NCBI GenBank assembly: GCA_000320545.1
Contig: ADNK01001090.1
Span: 1-37,125 of the forward strand
DNA length: 37,125 bases
Direction: 5' to 3'
Origin: Bigelowiella natans CCMP2755
Lineage: Eukaryota; Protista; Cercozoa
Shown here: one piece after another, positions 1-11,679 of the stretch
How positions within the stretch are numbered: position 1 is the stretch's first letter
Layout of the letters: every line of letters begins with the position of its first letter
The notes under the pieces: model-generated
Database searches by the model: none
Seen by the model: only the letters and a program-made list of their open reading frames with translations
What the model was told of the DNA's origin: nothing
Program-made: the position numbers and the translations under genes

Positions 1-135
1 TTTAATTAAAATTTGCATTTTTTTGCCCCCCTCCCCCCTCCCTTTGGCATTTTTTTTTTAATATGAAAAACAGGGGGGGTGCCACCAAACATATAAAAAA
101 AAAGGAATTTCCTCCTCCCCCCCCCCCCCCCCCCC

Positions 136-179
<44 letters not shown>

Positions 180-184
180 CTTAC

Positions 185-473
185 GGCGTGATAAAGCTGC
201 AAATGCTAGAGAGGCTGACGGGCGCGTCCCCGCACCAATCTTCGAACGTATGATTGAGGATCCAATCAACGATCTGGTTGATCTCGAGAACTCCCGCAAA
301 GGTTGCCATGAACAGCACCTCAATCCCAGCAAAAGACCATAGAAACAACCCTATTTTACTGCTGAGACAACGCTGTGTGGCTGCAGTAAGCGGCACCAGC
401 CAGAGAACTACCCAAGCCACTAGGATCAAGGTAGGAAAGCCCAGCACCAACACGCTGATATACACATATATAA

Positions 474-513
<40 letters not shown>

Positions 514-2813
514 CGACGACGATGATGATGATGAACAGCAGCTCGTCTTCTTTTCTACTACTACTACTACCACTACTGCTAAATGGTCACTATCATCACC
601 ACTTCAATGCCATCTAGGTCTCACCTGAAAAAGAGCGCGATGGAGTATGCGCCAGTGACTTGGTCTGTGGTAGAAGGAAGCTGTGTCATGATCGAGTATA
701 ACTTGTAGTCACGCTCGATACTGGACTGCCCTGGGGCAGCAACCTCTGGGACCACTCCACTCAGCGTGAATCTGAATTCACAAACGTCGTTCGTTCAGAG
801 CGAATATAGTATAGGAGAGAGAGAGAGAGAGGTGGGGGGGGGGGGGTGATGATAATGATGAGGGGGTGACGAGGAGCACATATCACGCTGCTGTTTTACA
901 CTACAAGCTGGAAGAAGAACAAAAGCTTCAGCAAAGATGACAAAATGACGGAGTAGGGGAAACCAAAAAGTCAATGATTCTCGTCCTGCGCTGCTTTCGC
1001 GAGGCAAAAATGATCGATATCTATTCTCTAATCCCTTCCTAGACATATCGCCCGTCTTCCATTGCCCTCCTCCTCCTCATATGTGTGATGATGATGATGA
1101 TTCTTCTTCATCATCATCTTCCCTTCTTTATCATTACCTAATGATGTTGAAGTAGAACAATGGCGCCAGAACGCCTACACCTATCGCCAGAAGCAACACC
1201 AGTATGCATGCCGATCCATAGGTTCCATTAGAGCAGTGGAAATGGTGCTCCTCCTCTTCCTCCCAGTGCTGCTCCTGAGCTCGTTGCGCACGAGCCCACA
1301 GACTGGACCTAGCACATTTGTTGTCAGTCTCATCATCCCATCCCCCTCTTTGCAAAACACTTCCTTCACCGCCAACAAGATGAGCGGTGGATGCAATATC
1401 GGCAATCACCCCCTTTGATTCGTCTTGGCCAGCAGCAGCAGCAGCAGCAGCATCTTCTCCTTCAATCAGGTGGCTACTACTACTTCTCCCATTTCTGCTG
1501 CTACTATCAACGGATGCCGTCGACGCCGTCTTCTTCGTCGTCGCCCCATTGTGCAGAGAGCGGAGAGCGTGCACCATGACGATCATAAGCGCGCTTGTGA
1601 TCAGGCTCGCATACGCGCCCGGTGCCGGATTGGCCGTCAGCGACGCATCGACGCCAATGATGACGCTTGCATCGAGCTTCATAACCAGCATGAGGTAGCA
1701 CTCAAACATGATGTCTATGAACGACACTTTTGAGACGTGGGCTGCCAGCAGGAACATGTTGCCACGTAGTGAACTGCTCATGGGGACTAGCCATGCCGCC
1801 ATGAGAAAGGTGAAGATGCCGGTGGGGATGAGCACGACTCCCAGGATAACGAGCAGGGAGATCAGGTACGCCTCAGACTTCCAGAAATACCTTCGAGAAG
1901 GGGCGAGGGTTGATAGAGGTAGATAGAAGGAAATGGCAACGACGACAGCAACGGTGGCAATGAAAACGATGACGATGGTGAGCAGATGATATGATGGTGA
2001 TAGCGCTTACTCTATGATGCTGCCGAGCGTAAAGTCGATGATGTACTCGTCGAGGAACTCCTCCTCAGTTGAGCTCACACGCCCCACCAACCGCACCCTC
2101 GAGACTTTCACAGTCATGGCGTAGACCTTGAGACATGCATATGTCAGCATTGTTGCCGCCACCCCCGCGTGGATCACCCACCAATAGGAGGAGTTCCTGA
2201 AAAGGAAAAAAAAATGCAACAGCAGTAGGAGGGAGGGGGGGGGGGGAGGAGGGGGGAATGTGTGTGAGACATTGCATATCCTAACGATGCGATGCTGATG
2301 GAGATAGCAGTAAATGTTTGATTCATCATCCCTCTGTTCCGTATTCTATGGATGTGCCACCTCCTTCATCCACGCTTGAAGTCAATATATCATGAAAATT
2401 TACCTCCTCCTTTCTTTATGATTCCCCCCCCTCCCTCTCTCCTCAAAAAAAAGGAGTTAGTGACCGAAATTTGCTGTTGTAGTAGTAGTAGTCGCACAGG
2501 CTGCTTCTTTCCCCTTCCAGCTCCTCCTGCAGCTGCTGGTGTTTTATCTTCACCATTTGCTGCCTGTTCTGCGAGGAGGGCGATCTAAAGAGCCCAAAAT
2601 GCCTGTAGAAGTAATCGTCGCTCGTGTGGTTGGCGCTGGGGGCTTCTACTGCGATGGATGATGACGATGATGGCGGGCCAACTAAGTCGTGATCATGTTT
2701 GAGGTCAAGCACGGAAACGTCGGGCGGGGTTGCCTCTTCGCACCAACCCTCATTACTAATTTTTCTCTCCTTCTGTTGCATCAGCGGCTCCTTCAGCATC
2801 CGATGTAAACGGC

Positions 2814-2849
<36 letters not shown>

Positions 2850-3512
2850 AATCATGACCATCATGTCTGTGGCCAACATCTCCGTTATCAAAGCTACTAC
2901 GACTGCTACAAGCGAGCGGTTTCCCCTCCTCCCCTTTCCCCCTTTTCTGCTGCCTCCTCCTCCTACTCCTCCTCATCCTCAGCAGTACCCTTCGTAGCCC
3001 AAACCGCAAAAGGATCGCAAGTGATGCAGAGGTTCCAACGGCGATGATAAGGATGACAAACATCTCAGGCACTAATGGCGACTTCGAGGGAGGAGTGCTT
3101 GGTAGCGGTGTCGCGAAGCAGTAGCGCGGTGCGTCGTCTAAGGCGGATGCAATAACATCGTTTGCCACCTCAACACTCAAGCTACCGAGTTCTCCCGTCG
3201 CGCCAATGTGGTCCATGACATGAAGAAGCGTTGGTGAGAGCGCGGCTAGGGCGTCCCTCAGAGAAACCCAGCCTCCGTCCCCGTAGTTTTGTGGTGATGA
3301 AGAAGAAGAAGAAGAAGAAGAAGACGATGACGACGACGTAGTAGCACTATAGCTGTAATTCTTGCCGCCGCCTCTGATCATGACGCTCATATGTGCCAGG
3401 GCGGAGTCCGATACGGATAGATTCCATGTGCTCACAAACTGCGCAAGGAAACAGTTCAAACCGTGGTAGTAGTAGCCATCAAAAGAAGACGACGACGATG
3501 GAGAAGAAGCGT

Positions 3513-3550
<38 letters not shown>

Positions 3551-4156
3551 TATGATGATGAAAGGTAGTGCCCTAGTGCTTGCCGCTGCCGATTCCTGCG
3601 CTCAATGCCGTACACACCACCCCCATCAGTGATGTAGCTCTTGTTCGAGAAGATCTGAGCCAGGGTGAGGTTTAGGACGCCCCTTTTTACTGCGATGTTC
3701 TCTAAGATCCCGAGGTGCATACGTTGGATGCTCTGATTCATTGATACATATGTGTAACTTTCACCTCCATCGAGAGAATATTCAAAGTCAACAATGACTC
3801 CGAGGGGCTTCGTCCCCCCCCCCACACCCAGCCGTGATAGCACCGACTCGTGTGCGCTACTCGCGAGGAGGGAGGAGTTGTAGAAGGTGGAGTGGAGCCC
3901 CTCCACCCGCATATGCGACAGACGAATGACAATATGGAGGTCGTGTAGCAGATCAGCTCGGAGAAGTGTGATGTTGTGCAGTGAGAGGTTCGCAACGCCA
4001 CTAGGCCACAACAAAGCTGTGAATTCGTTCAGGAACGTCTCGTCCAATCTGGAAATCCCTGGAAGCGCAGCCACCTTCTCCCAGTCAATAAATTCTCCAG
4101 CGTCGCCATCATCATCACTATACGGTTGGCACTGCCTAGGCTGGCGACTTGCAAAC

Positions 4157-4197
<41 letters not shown>

Positions 4198-6263
4198 GAA
4201 GAATAATTGCTGTATTTCTAGGTTAAGGAGCGGGCGCACAATCTCATTTGCCATCGCACCCACAGCCGTTGCCAGGTGGCCGCCTTCCTGCTGATTCGAA
4301 TTGATGATATACTGCACAGCTGCTGCAACGAAGACGTAGAGTTCAGCCTCAAGCTTATGAGAGGAGGGCGTGGCAGTACCATCGACAACCCTAAGATCTT
4401 CCACATCTGTGATCGTGACGTTAATGAGACTCACGCTGAGGTTAAGAAGGGCTCGTGTTCCTCCCTCCCTGCCTCCCATAAACCAGCATCCCGGCTGTAC
4501 ACTTTCGTAGAGGCTCATCGCACCCATAACTTCTCGGTCGAATGCCGCTAGAAGGCGGAGGGCCAGCGATATGTTTTTTCCAAGACTGAAGGAAATGTTG
4601 ACGCGCTCACGGAGCACGTCATCACCGACGCTGCTTTTGTGGCCTGCGATTCTGGTCTCCTCTGTACCCGTCCCAGCACTAATGGTGACATTGACACTCG
4701 CACTAACATTGACTGATGGAAGAATGAGAGCTGTTTCGAGGTAGTAGTTGTCCATGGGTTCTAGCACGTTTCTCACGGCCTCGTTGGGGATTGCTGGTAT
4801 CCGCACAGTCAAGGCATTAAGCATGAGCGTAAGGTTGAGAGAGGGTGTCAGAGGAATAGATAGCGACGGCATCACATCCCCGAATAAGGCAGCAGCTTTG
4901 TTAAACTCGAACTCATTCCTAGATGGTGGCAGTGGTGATAAGGATGGCGGTTTGGGCAACGGGATAAGATTGAAATATGTGCGGAAACAATGAGAGAAAA
5001 AGTGGGGGATATTAGGATAGGAAGAGAAGTAGAATTTGATCTATCTAAAGTCTAAGCTCGTCTCTAAATAAAAGACAACGAAAGGGGAGGAGGACTGACG
5101 GTTTGCTGAGCAACTGCGCAAGTTGAGAGCGTAGTGTTTTGGAAATGGAAGCGAGGAAGCTGGAGGTGGTCAGGTCAAGAACGTGCTTATTTCCCTGCAC
5201 ATCTGAAGGCAGGGGTAGGGGGGTAGCCTTTGGCTGCTCCAGCTGATCATCGATGCTGCTTAAAATTCTAGTGACGTTCTTCGTAACTACACTGTTAAGC
5301 GTGTCGCACAGCTTTGGTTCCAGCATCTTTGGCAACACGAAGCGCAAGAACGGCGTTAGTAGCTCTATCACAAAGGTCTGAATACCATCTCCTTTGAAGT
5401 GTAACTTGCTTACACCAAGCTTTGAGGTGCATGATGCATTTGCTGTCACAGTGGCCGGGGAGGAAGGATATAGCTTTGTGATGATGTTTGTGTGAAGTAC
5501 TACGTGGGCATTGGCCTCGGCATTGAAGTTACCGTGACTCCGAACCTGTGCCATATACGTATGTGTGCCAAATTGTATGAGATATTTAAAAAGAAACAAA
5601 TTGATCGTAACAGACAATGGTGCACCGGTCCCCCATTAATCTACTTCAGTCTAATAAGATGACAACGGCTGCGCACATATGGATCAAAGCTACGACCCCA
5701 TACTTCGCCTTTTTGATTTTTGGAAGTAGCAAATCATGCTGGTTCACCTGGCCTATAATGGGGATTTTTTGATCTACTCGGAACGAGCCAGTGCATTTCA
5801 ATTGCACCCCAGAAACCTCGAGGTCAATCTGATCGCCAACCACAACCGCAAATATTTGCACAATTCAGTAAGAGGCCAGCCATGCAGCAGAAACATTCTA
5901 TAGTTGATTCCCACCTTATTTATATTGTTGTATTGAGTGCTCAGTTGGCCAATCCGGAAATGTGTACATTTTATATCGTCGAAATCGCACTGATTTCCGG
6001 CGATGACTTGTGAGAAGTTCCTGTATCGAATAGAGAGAATTTAAGCAAGGAGAGAAGTGCCTTCTAAGTGAGTATCGAGAATCAACCCTAGTTGAAGCTC
6101 CCAGTTATACAGCCACTCTGCAAGGCTGAAACAGCAAAGAAATAATTCCTCAACTCAAATTGCAGGGTTCGGAACAGACAATGGCATACCTGTCGCTAGG
6201 CTGTCCAGTCGTCTCCAAAGGTACAATACAGAGGGCTGTCAACAGTGCGAGGACAACATTCAT
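185..6263 (-). CDS. Large multi-exon membrane protein: signal peptide + long BPI/LBP(TULIP)-like ectodomain + TM helix + two PqiA-like (paraquat-inducible protein A/LetA) membrane domains; 3' end runs off the window
   Basis: Manual splicing from ATG at 6263: MNVVLALLTALCIVPLETTGQPSDS|LAEWLYNWELQLG|NFSQVIAGNQCDFDDIKCTHFRIGQLSTQYNNINK|IDLEVSGVQLKCTGSFRVDQK..., then ORFs 5045-5617 (ASCTSKLGVSKLHFKG...LEPKLCDTLNSVV, BPI-like), 2443-4959, 2007-2219, 1134-1835 (FWKSEAYLISLLVILGVVLIP...AWLVP...SKVSFIDI) and 181-573 (VLGFP...WVVLWLVP...WSFAGIEV). The junctions I traced use GT-AG. Domain names come from motif resemblance only. Confidence 0.7.
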
Positions 6264-6316
6264 CAAGTTTATTCCGGGATGACCCAAAACAAGAGGCCCT
6301 TCAGCGACAAGGATAG

Positions 6317-7386
6317 GATGGAGCCTTCGGAATTATGGAGAGGGGGGGTGTCTACAAGCGCCAGTCATTCGGTCATTTAGGAAAGTTTTTATTCATAATT
6401 TGACCAAGTATAGTTGTTCCCTTTCTTTGACTACTTGTTTATGTTGCAGGAAAGTTTCGTGACCAATTTTGATTTTGCAGTGGAAGGACCTACACATCCA
6501 GTAAACTTCGTTAAATTCTGTTCAAAAATGTCCCCTGTCGGAGCATGTCACAGAGCGCATTGACTACATCAGCAGAAACTATCAGTACAGTTTTTCGTTG
6601 CGACAAGTAGCATTTCTGATGTGTAAATACAAACGAATCGGATGGGGATGTTGTGCAGCAAGTCGCTTATATCCAGGGATGTCGAAAGTCTTAACTCATG
6701 GCGTTTTGTATTTACGACATCATCGGCAGCCTCAATCCTAAGTTGGGGAACTCTTTGAGGATCTCAATTTAGGTAAATCCATGATCCCAAATAGCGCTCC
6801 ACAAGAGCGACCCGCTCTCATCTCGTGTCCCACAAATTATTATTTCGCCTCTGTTTCTAGACCCTGGATCAAATCCTAGGAAATAAACCCAGCTTTTTAT
6901 GAGAATGTTTCAGTTACCTACGAGTACGCGGAAGGGGTACTGTACTACCAGTGGGGGGTAGGAAAGTATTTTCACGCATTTTCCGTGTTCAATCATAGAC
7001 GGAACTGAGATGGCACGATGATTTTCCACCATGAAAGACGCTAACAGCTCGGCGGGTGTACGCTAAGCAGAACAGATCGAAAAAAATTTCAGATAAAGTT
7101 GATGCAATCGGATAAAGCGAACGTCGTCACTTTGGGATGTCACTTGCCAAGCATCCCATTACTGATGAGCATTTTGAGGTATTTACAAGATTTCTACTTA
7201 TGTAGCAATCCGTCATACGACCCCAACAATGATGCGAATTCTACTGTCAATATTTTTTGTTTTTCAATTATTTTCCCCTCTCTAACCCTAACCCTAACCC
7301 TAACCCTAATCTTTTTCTTTTTAACCACGGCGATCCAACCAGGCATTAGTAAAGGCCAACCTCGAGACATGTATGGATACAAATAC

Positions 7387-7420
<34 letters not shown>

Positions 7421-7477
7421 GTGCGCGCGCGCGTGTGTGTGTTTGTGTGTTTATGCGTGTGTGTGATTGAGAGAAAG

Positions 7478-7515
<38 letters not shown>

Positions 7516-7753
7516 CATAATATGGGGGGAAATACAGGCGTTTCTCAACGATCGAAATGATAAAAAATGGAAGGTAACTATTGGTAAACGATATAAGAAG
7601 TATACTTTCAGATTAGAAGATTATCCTAAATTTACTGTTTGCTCAGATGTGCATACCGAGCAGAAGAAGAAGTATGCGCAACATCGTCGAAAGAAACACC
7701 GCCAATATTTAAAAAATCTGTCGCTGTCCTCCTTCTCTTTACCGGGAAAGTAA
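6317..7753 (+). CDS. Possible divergently transcribed multi-exon gene of unknown function
   Basis: Several short coding-like segments with splice-like boundaries (ESFVTNFDFAVEGPTHP; EINPAFYENVSVTYEYAEGVLYYQW; DFYLCSNPSYDPNNDANST; EIQAFLNDRNDKKWKVTIG...). No family recognised and the exon chain is unresolved. Confidence 0.3.
7282..7309. repeat. Interstitial telomere-like (CCCTAA/TTAGGG) repeat, ~4.5 units
   Basis: ctaaccctaaccctaaccctaaccctaa read directly. Confidence 0.8.
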
Positions 7754-8139
7754 TGCTGAGACTCTTTCGTTATACTTCATCTATCGCTAAGTTATAATGC
7801 CTTCATTACGTCGTACTCATATTTGAATTTCTCTCATCGAACCAAGGAATTATAAAAGGCGCAATCGATTAAGCGATTCGGTTACATACTGCAGAAGTAT
7901 GAATTGACAGTGCGCATACACGTTGTAGAAGCCTGCATGCGCGTACGACGGCAACTGCTCTCACCTATGAATTGTGGGTTGTGGGCTGGTTTGGTTCTGA
8001 TCATGACGTTCAAACCCGCCGGACAGTCGTCTAAACGTAATTTACTGCAACTTACCATGAGGGGAACAAAGCGCGGGCTACTGTACCGGTCAAAACACCA
8101 CAACCCGAGAACCCGCAAAACTCTCCCCTAGCCCACAAC

Positions 8140-8833
8140 TCATGAAGCATCACCAACACAAGCACACGCTGCTAAAGATGGGCAGCACCTCCGAGGGAAC
8201 ATCGGCCCTCCACCTCGTTCAACCACGATGGCACAAGATGGGCCGGGACCAGAAGTGGGCTGACTGTTGTTCATCAGAAAATGCGATGAGTGGAAGACAC
8301 TTCGTCGTGAAGGTGTGCATGCACACGTGTTGTGTGAGCATCTGGCGAGTGTCGTTGGTGATTTGATTGCACGTGTCATTTTGAACAAGAGCCATGCTCA
8401 CAATGGACACAGCAATGCACACACATGTCACATGCATTGTGCATTGCACGTCTGTCATTTGAAGGCCACAGTGGACAAAGATGAAGGTGAAGGGCCTGTG
8501 TTGCTCATGGACTTGGATTCATCAAATGACACACGAATGATCTCCGACACATCACGTGTTCAATGCAGCCCATGCGAGCAATGCGTCATCCACGCAGGAG
8601 ATGTCATGGTGTCTGCAGGGGTGCCATTCAAATTGATCCGCTCCATCACCTCGCGTGTGGTCCGCAAGAGAAAACTGTCGGAAGCAGGCATGTCAGACAC
8701 TCAGACTCCTCCACATCATTCGTCGTCACCATCGATGCCATCGACATCATCGTCGCCATCTGGCGGAACAAACTCTGCGTTCATCACTTGTCATCAACCT
8801 GACATCACTTTGTCTGGATCCCCTGAGTTTTGA
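8140..8833 (+). pseudogene. Degenerate ORF (possible transposon passenger) with no Tyr and excess His/Cys
   Basis: ORF 8267-8833 (188 aa) has zero Tyr and reads VHAHVLCEHL...SHAHNGHSNAHTCHMHCALHVCHL, as expected if TAY codons became CAY/TGY. In-frame TGA just upstream. Confidence 0.45.
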
Positions 8834-9009
8834 TTGCAACTCACAATGGACACAGTGATGTCATGCACAACATGCACATGGTGTTGCATGTCTGCAATCA
8901 CGACTCATCATCAGATCATGCTAGCACCACCAATGGGAGCAGCAGCTGTCAGGATGATGATGATGATGATGATGATGCTGCCGCTGCTGCTGCTGTGGCT
9001 GCCATGATG

Positions 9010-9142
9010 GACATGGCAATGCCATGTGGGTTGCACATGTGACATTACGTGTCCACAACAAGCATCCCAAAAAAGGTCCTACACTCACAACAGACATGGT
9101 GACACCACATGTGTTGCACATGTGACATCACGTGTCTGCAAT
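9010..9142. repeat. Two 50-bp direct repeats (9010-9059, 9093-9142)
   Basis: gacatggCAaTGccaTGtgGgttgcacatgtgacatTAcgtgtcCAcaaC vs gacatggTGaCAccaCAtgTgttgcacatgtgacatCAcgtgtcTGcaaT. Confidence 0.9.
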
Positions 9143-9318
9143 TGCTGCTACTGCTGCGGCTGCTGCTACTGGTGACAATGACAATGACAATGATGATGAC
9201 GATGAGGACGATGATTGTTTTGATGCAACTGCGGCAAGGCAACAGCGGCCACATCAGAAGAAGGAGGAGGAGGGTGATGATGTGGAAACGCCATCATGCA
9301 GTGGCAACAATTCCATGA

Positions 9319-11496
9319 TCATTTTTTGCATCTCTTGGAGCAAGGTTTGTCCACGTGGTCAGGCACCACGGGATCGTGCAGAATTGTGATCAAACGGTTC
9401 GTTTCAACACGATTTTCGGTGGTGCTCTCTGAACTCACCAACCCGTCCAAAAAGGCCTCAGGTGTGTACATGGTGGAGTTCAACATTCGCAGATTCACGT
9501 GACAATACAGAGATTTCCTCACCTTCTCCATGCCCAAGCTGGAACGTTCCTTGGGCATGATTCGGTGATTATGCTTGTTGACGCGTTCAACGCTCACCGC
9601 AGTTGGCTTGATGGCATCTATTCGTTTTATCATTTTGGCCAATTCCAGCAGTTGCCCCGCGGAAGCCACTTGCACCCATGCTTTGTAAAAACTTGTCATC
9701 CGCAGTCGCCTCCACAAGGCATCTACTTTGGATTGGACTTGACTGCCATCGGCAACGTCACTTCCATATTGTTTGCGCAGAGTGGGTATGAGTTCGTACA
9801 GAACGCCGTCCATTGCAACTAGAGCATCATAATCGTCTTTGATTTGAAATTCTCTCAGTCCCAATTGCTTGCCGTATTCACACACTGAGTTTCTCATGTC
9901 TGGCGTGCTGCGCAGACGAAGACGACCGGATATTGGGTTACTCACAATTGGCAATATCAAAAAATTCAAAGCGAAGGACACTGTGTGTGCAACTCGGCAG
10001 AGTCCAACCCTCCGTTCTCGCCCCATCCATCTGTCCATGGCAATTTCATGAACATAATTTTTTGTTCTATCGTCGAAAGGGTTGGACTTTCTTTCTTTCC
10101 ATTCAAGGATGTCGTCGATGAGAGCACGATACATGGGACTGATCCAAGATATGTGAACCTCGTCGCTGCCGAGGTATGCTATTAATTTCGACACAGGCTT
10201 CAACAACGCATGCAGAGAGCTAGCCTCCGTCCAGTATTTGAAATCTTTAGCTAGCTCTTGGATTTCCTTCATCTTTTCAGGGTCGCCTTCCACCCAATGA
10301 GGAGAGTCAACCATCTTCATCACCACAGGTTGGTTCTGGATCATCACGTCCAACATCAAATACGCATATCCGAACCTGGTGTCTGGGAAGCTTCTGGGTT
10401 TTCTCGGTTTGCATGGCATGCTTTGAGAAATCTTCTGCCAGGCTTTATATCCCTTCCCACTCAGGTACGAAGAGTGACGTTTGGTTCTGCTTATTATTTC
10501 TTTGAACGGCGCCACTCTGCTGGCCAAGTCTTCAGCCAACAGGTCGCACACGTGCGAAGCGCAACCAATCGCGCTTATCTTCGGATATTTCTCCTCCACT
10601 TTGAAAAGTGCGTTTCTCATGTAATTCACGTTATCCGACACCACAGCGGCAAACACTTCCTGCACTTGTTCCACGTTTCTTTTGCCTTCACTTGACAGTA
10701 TGTTGTCATAGAGCCTGAAGTGATAATCCACGCTGTCCTTTTCCTCTTGCATGATGGACGTGATGAATGATGCTCTTCCTGATGACATCGCTGTGAAGTT
10801 CACAACTTTCGAGTTATTGGAGGAGTTTTTCCATCCATCCGCCGCAAGTGTCTGCATATCGTTTGGGCTCAAGGAAAGTAATCATCCATCCTTTGATGCA
10901 CATGGTCGTTCAGTATGTTGAGCCATCGAGTTGACAAAGTCTTCTGACATTTGGGAACGTACTTCACGAATCCAGGTCGCAGGGCTTCGATGAAGTCGAG
11001 GAAGTAAGGACTCTTTATCAAATCGAATGGAAGTGCAGACCCAACAATGAATCGGGTGAGATGAAACATGACAATGGATGCCTCCGTTGGTGTGCATTTG
11101 TCCATGTAATGAGAAATGCCGGTAATTCCCTTTCGTTTTCGAGACCGGGTCGAAGGGGCAGATGCAGTGTCAAGGTTATGAAAGATCTGCAACCTGTCCC
11201 TTATCGCATCTCTCTGTTCTGGTTTTAGACCCAAACCGTGTAATTCCTCAAGCACAGACACCGGGGTCTAATCATGAAAAGGGTGTGGACACAATTCTTA
11301 ATGAGCACACACAGGGGCACACACAAGCGTGCATTTTTGCGGACACACGCAAAGATTGTACCTTTTTGCAGACGATTAAATGGTCTATGTCTTTGGATGT
11401 GTTCTTCTTTCGATGAAATATTTTGGAGCAAAAGTTGCAAACCCATCCACCGTTCGATGCGGTGAAGTGAGACACGCCGAATGATGGACGGCCCAT
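9319..11496 (-). pseudogene. hAT-superfamily transposase (BED zinc finger, DUF659-type DDE core, C-terminal dimerisation motif) with one frameshift
   Basis: Exon 1 11496-11362 (WVCNFCSK...IDHLIVCKK, BED-like); GT-AG intron 11361-11268; LPFDLIKSPYFLDFIEALRPG; frameshift at ~10870; TLAADGWKN (D1), AVVSDN (D2), GCASHVCDL (CxxH), DTRF, PTAVSVERVNK...KERSSLG...LYCHVNLRML (E and dimerisation region). Confidence 0.9.
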
Positions 11497-11679
11497 GCAG
11501 AATTAAAGAGAGAAGAGGCGAGAGAAGAAAGAAGAGAGAAGCGTGGATATAGCGTGGACTGGTTTTGGCGGGAAAATTCGAGAATATTTTTTCGGACGGG
11601 AAAATATTTAAATTTTTTTAGGTAATATGTGACAGTGAACTGGCACCAGACGTCTGATTGCATTTGCGTGAGACGGCTC

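Noticed and set aside
7760-9320. Left TIR and 8-bp TSD of the hAT element
   Set aside because: No convincing match to CAGTAAGTTACG, even allowing TA->CA/TG changes.
8175-9466. CpG-methylation decay or fungal-type RIP as the cause of the CA/TG excess
   Set aside because: CpG remains frequent and TA is absent. RIP would increase TA, and 5mC deamination would not remove it.
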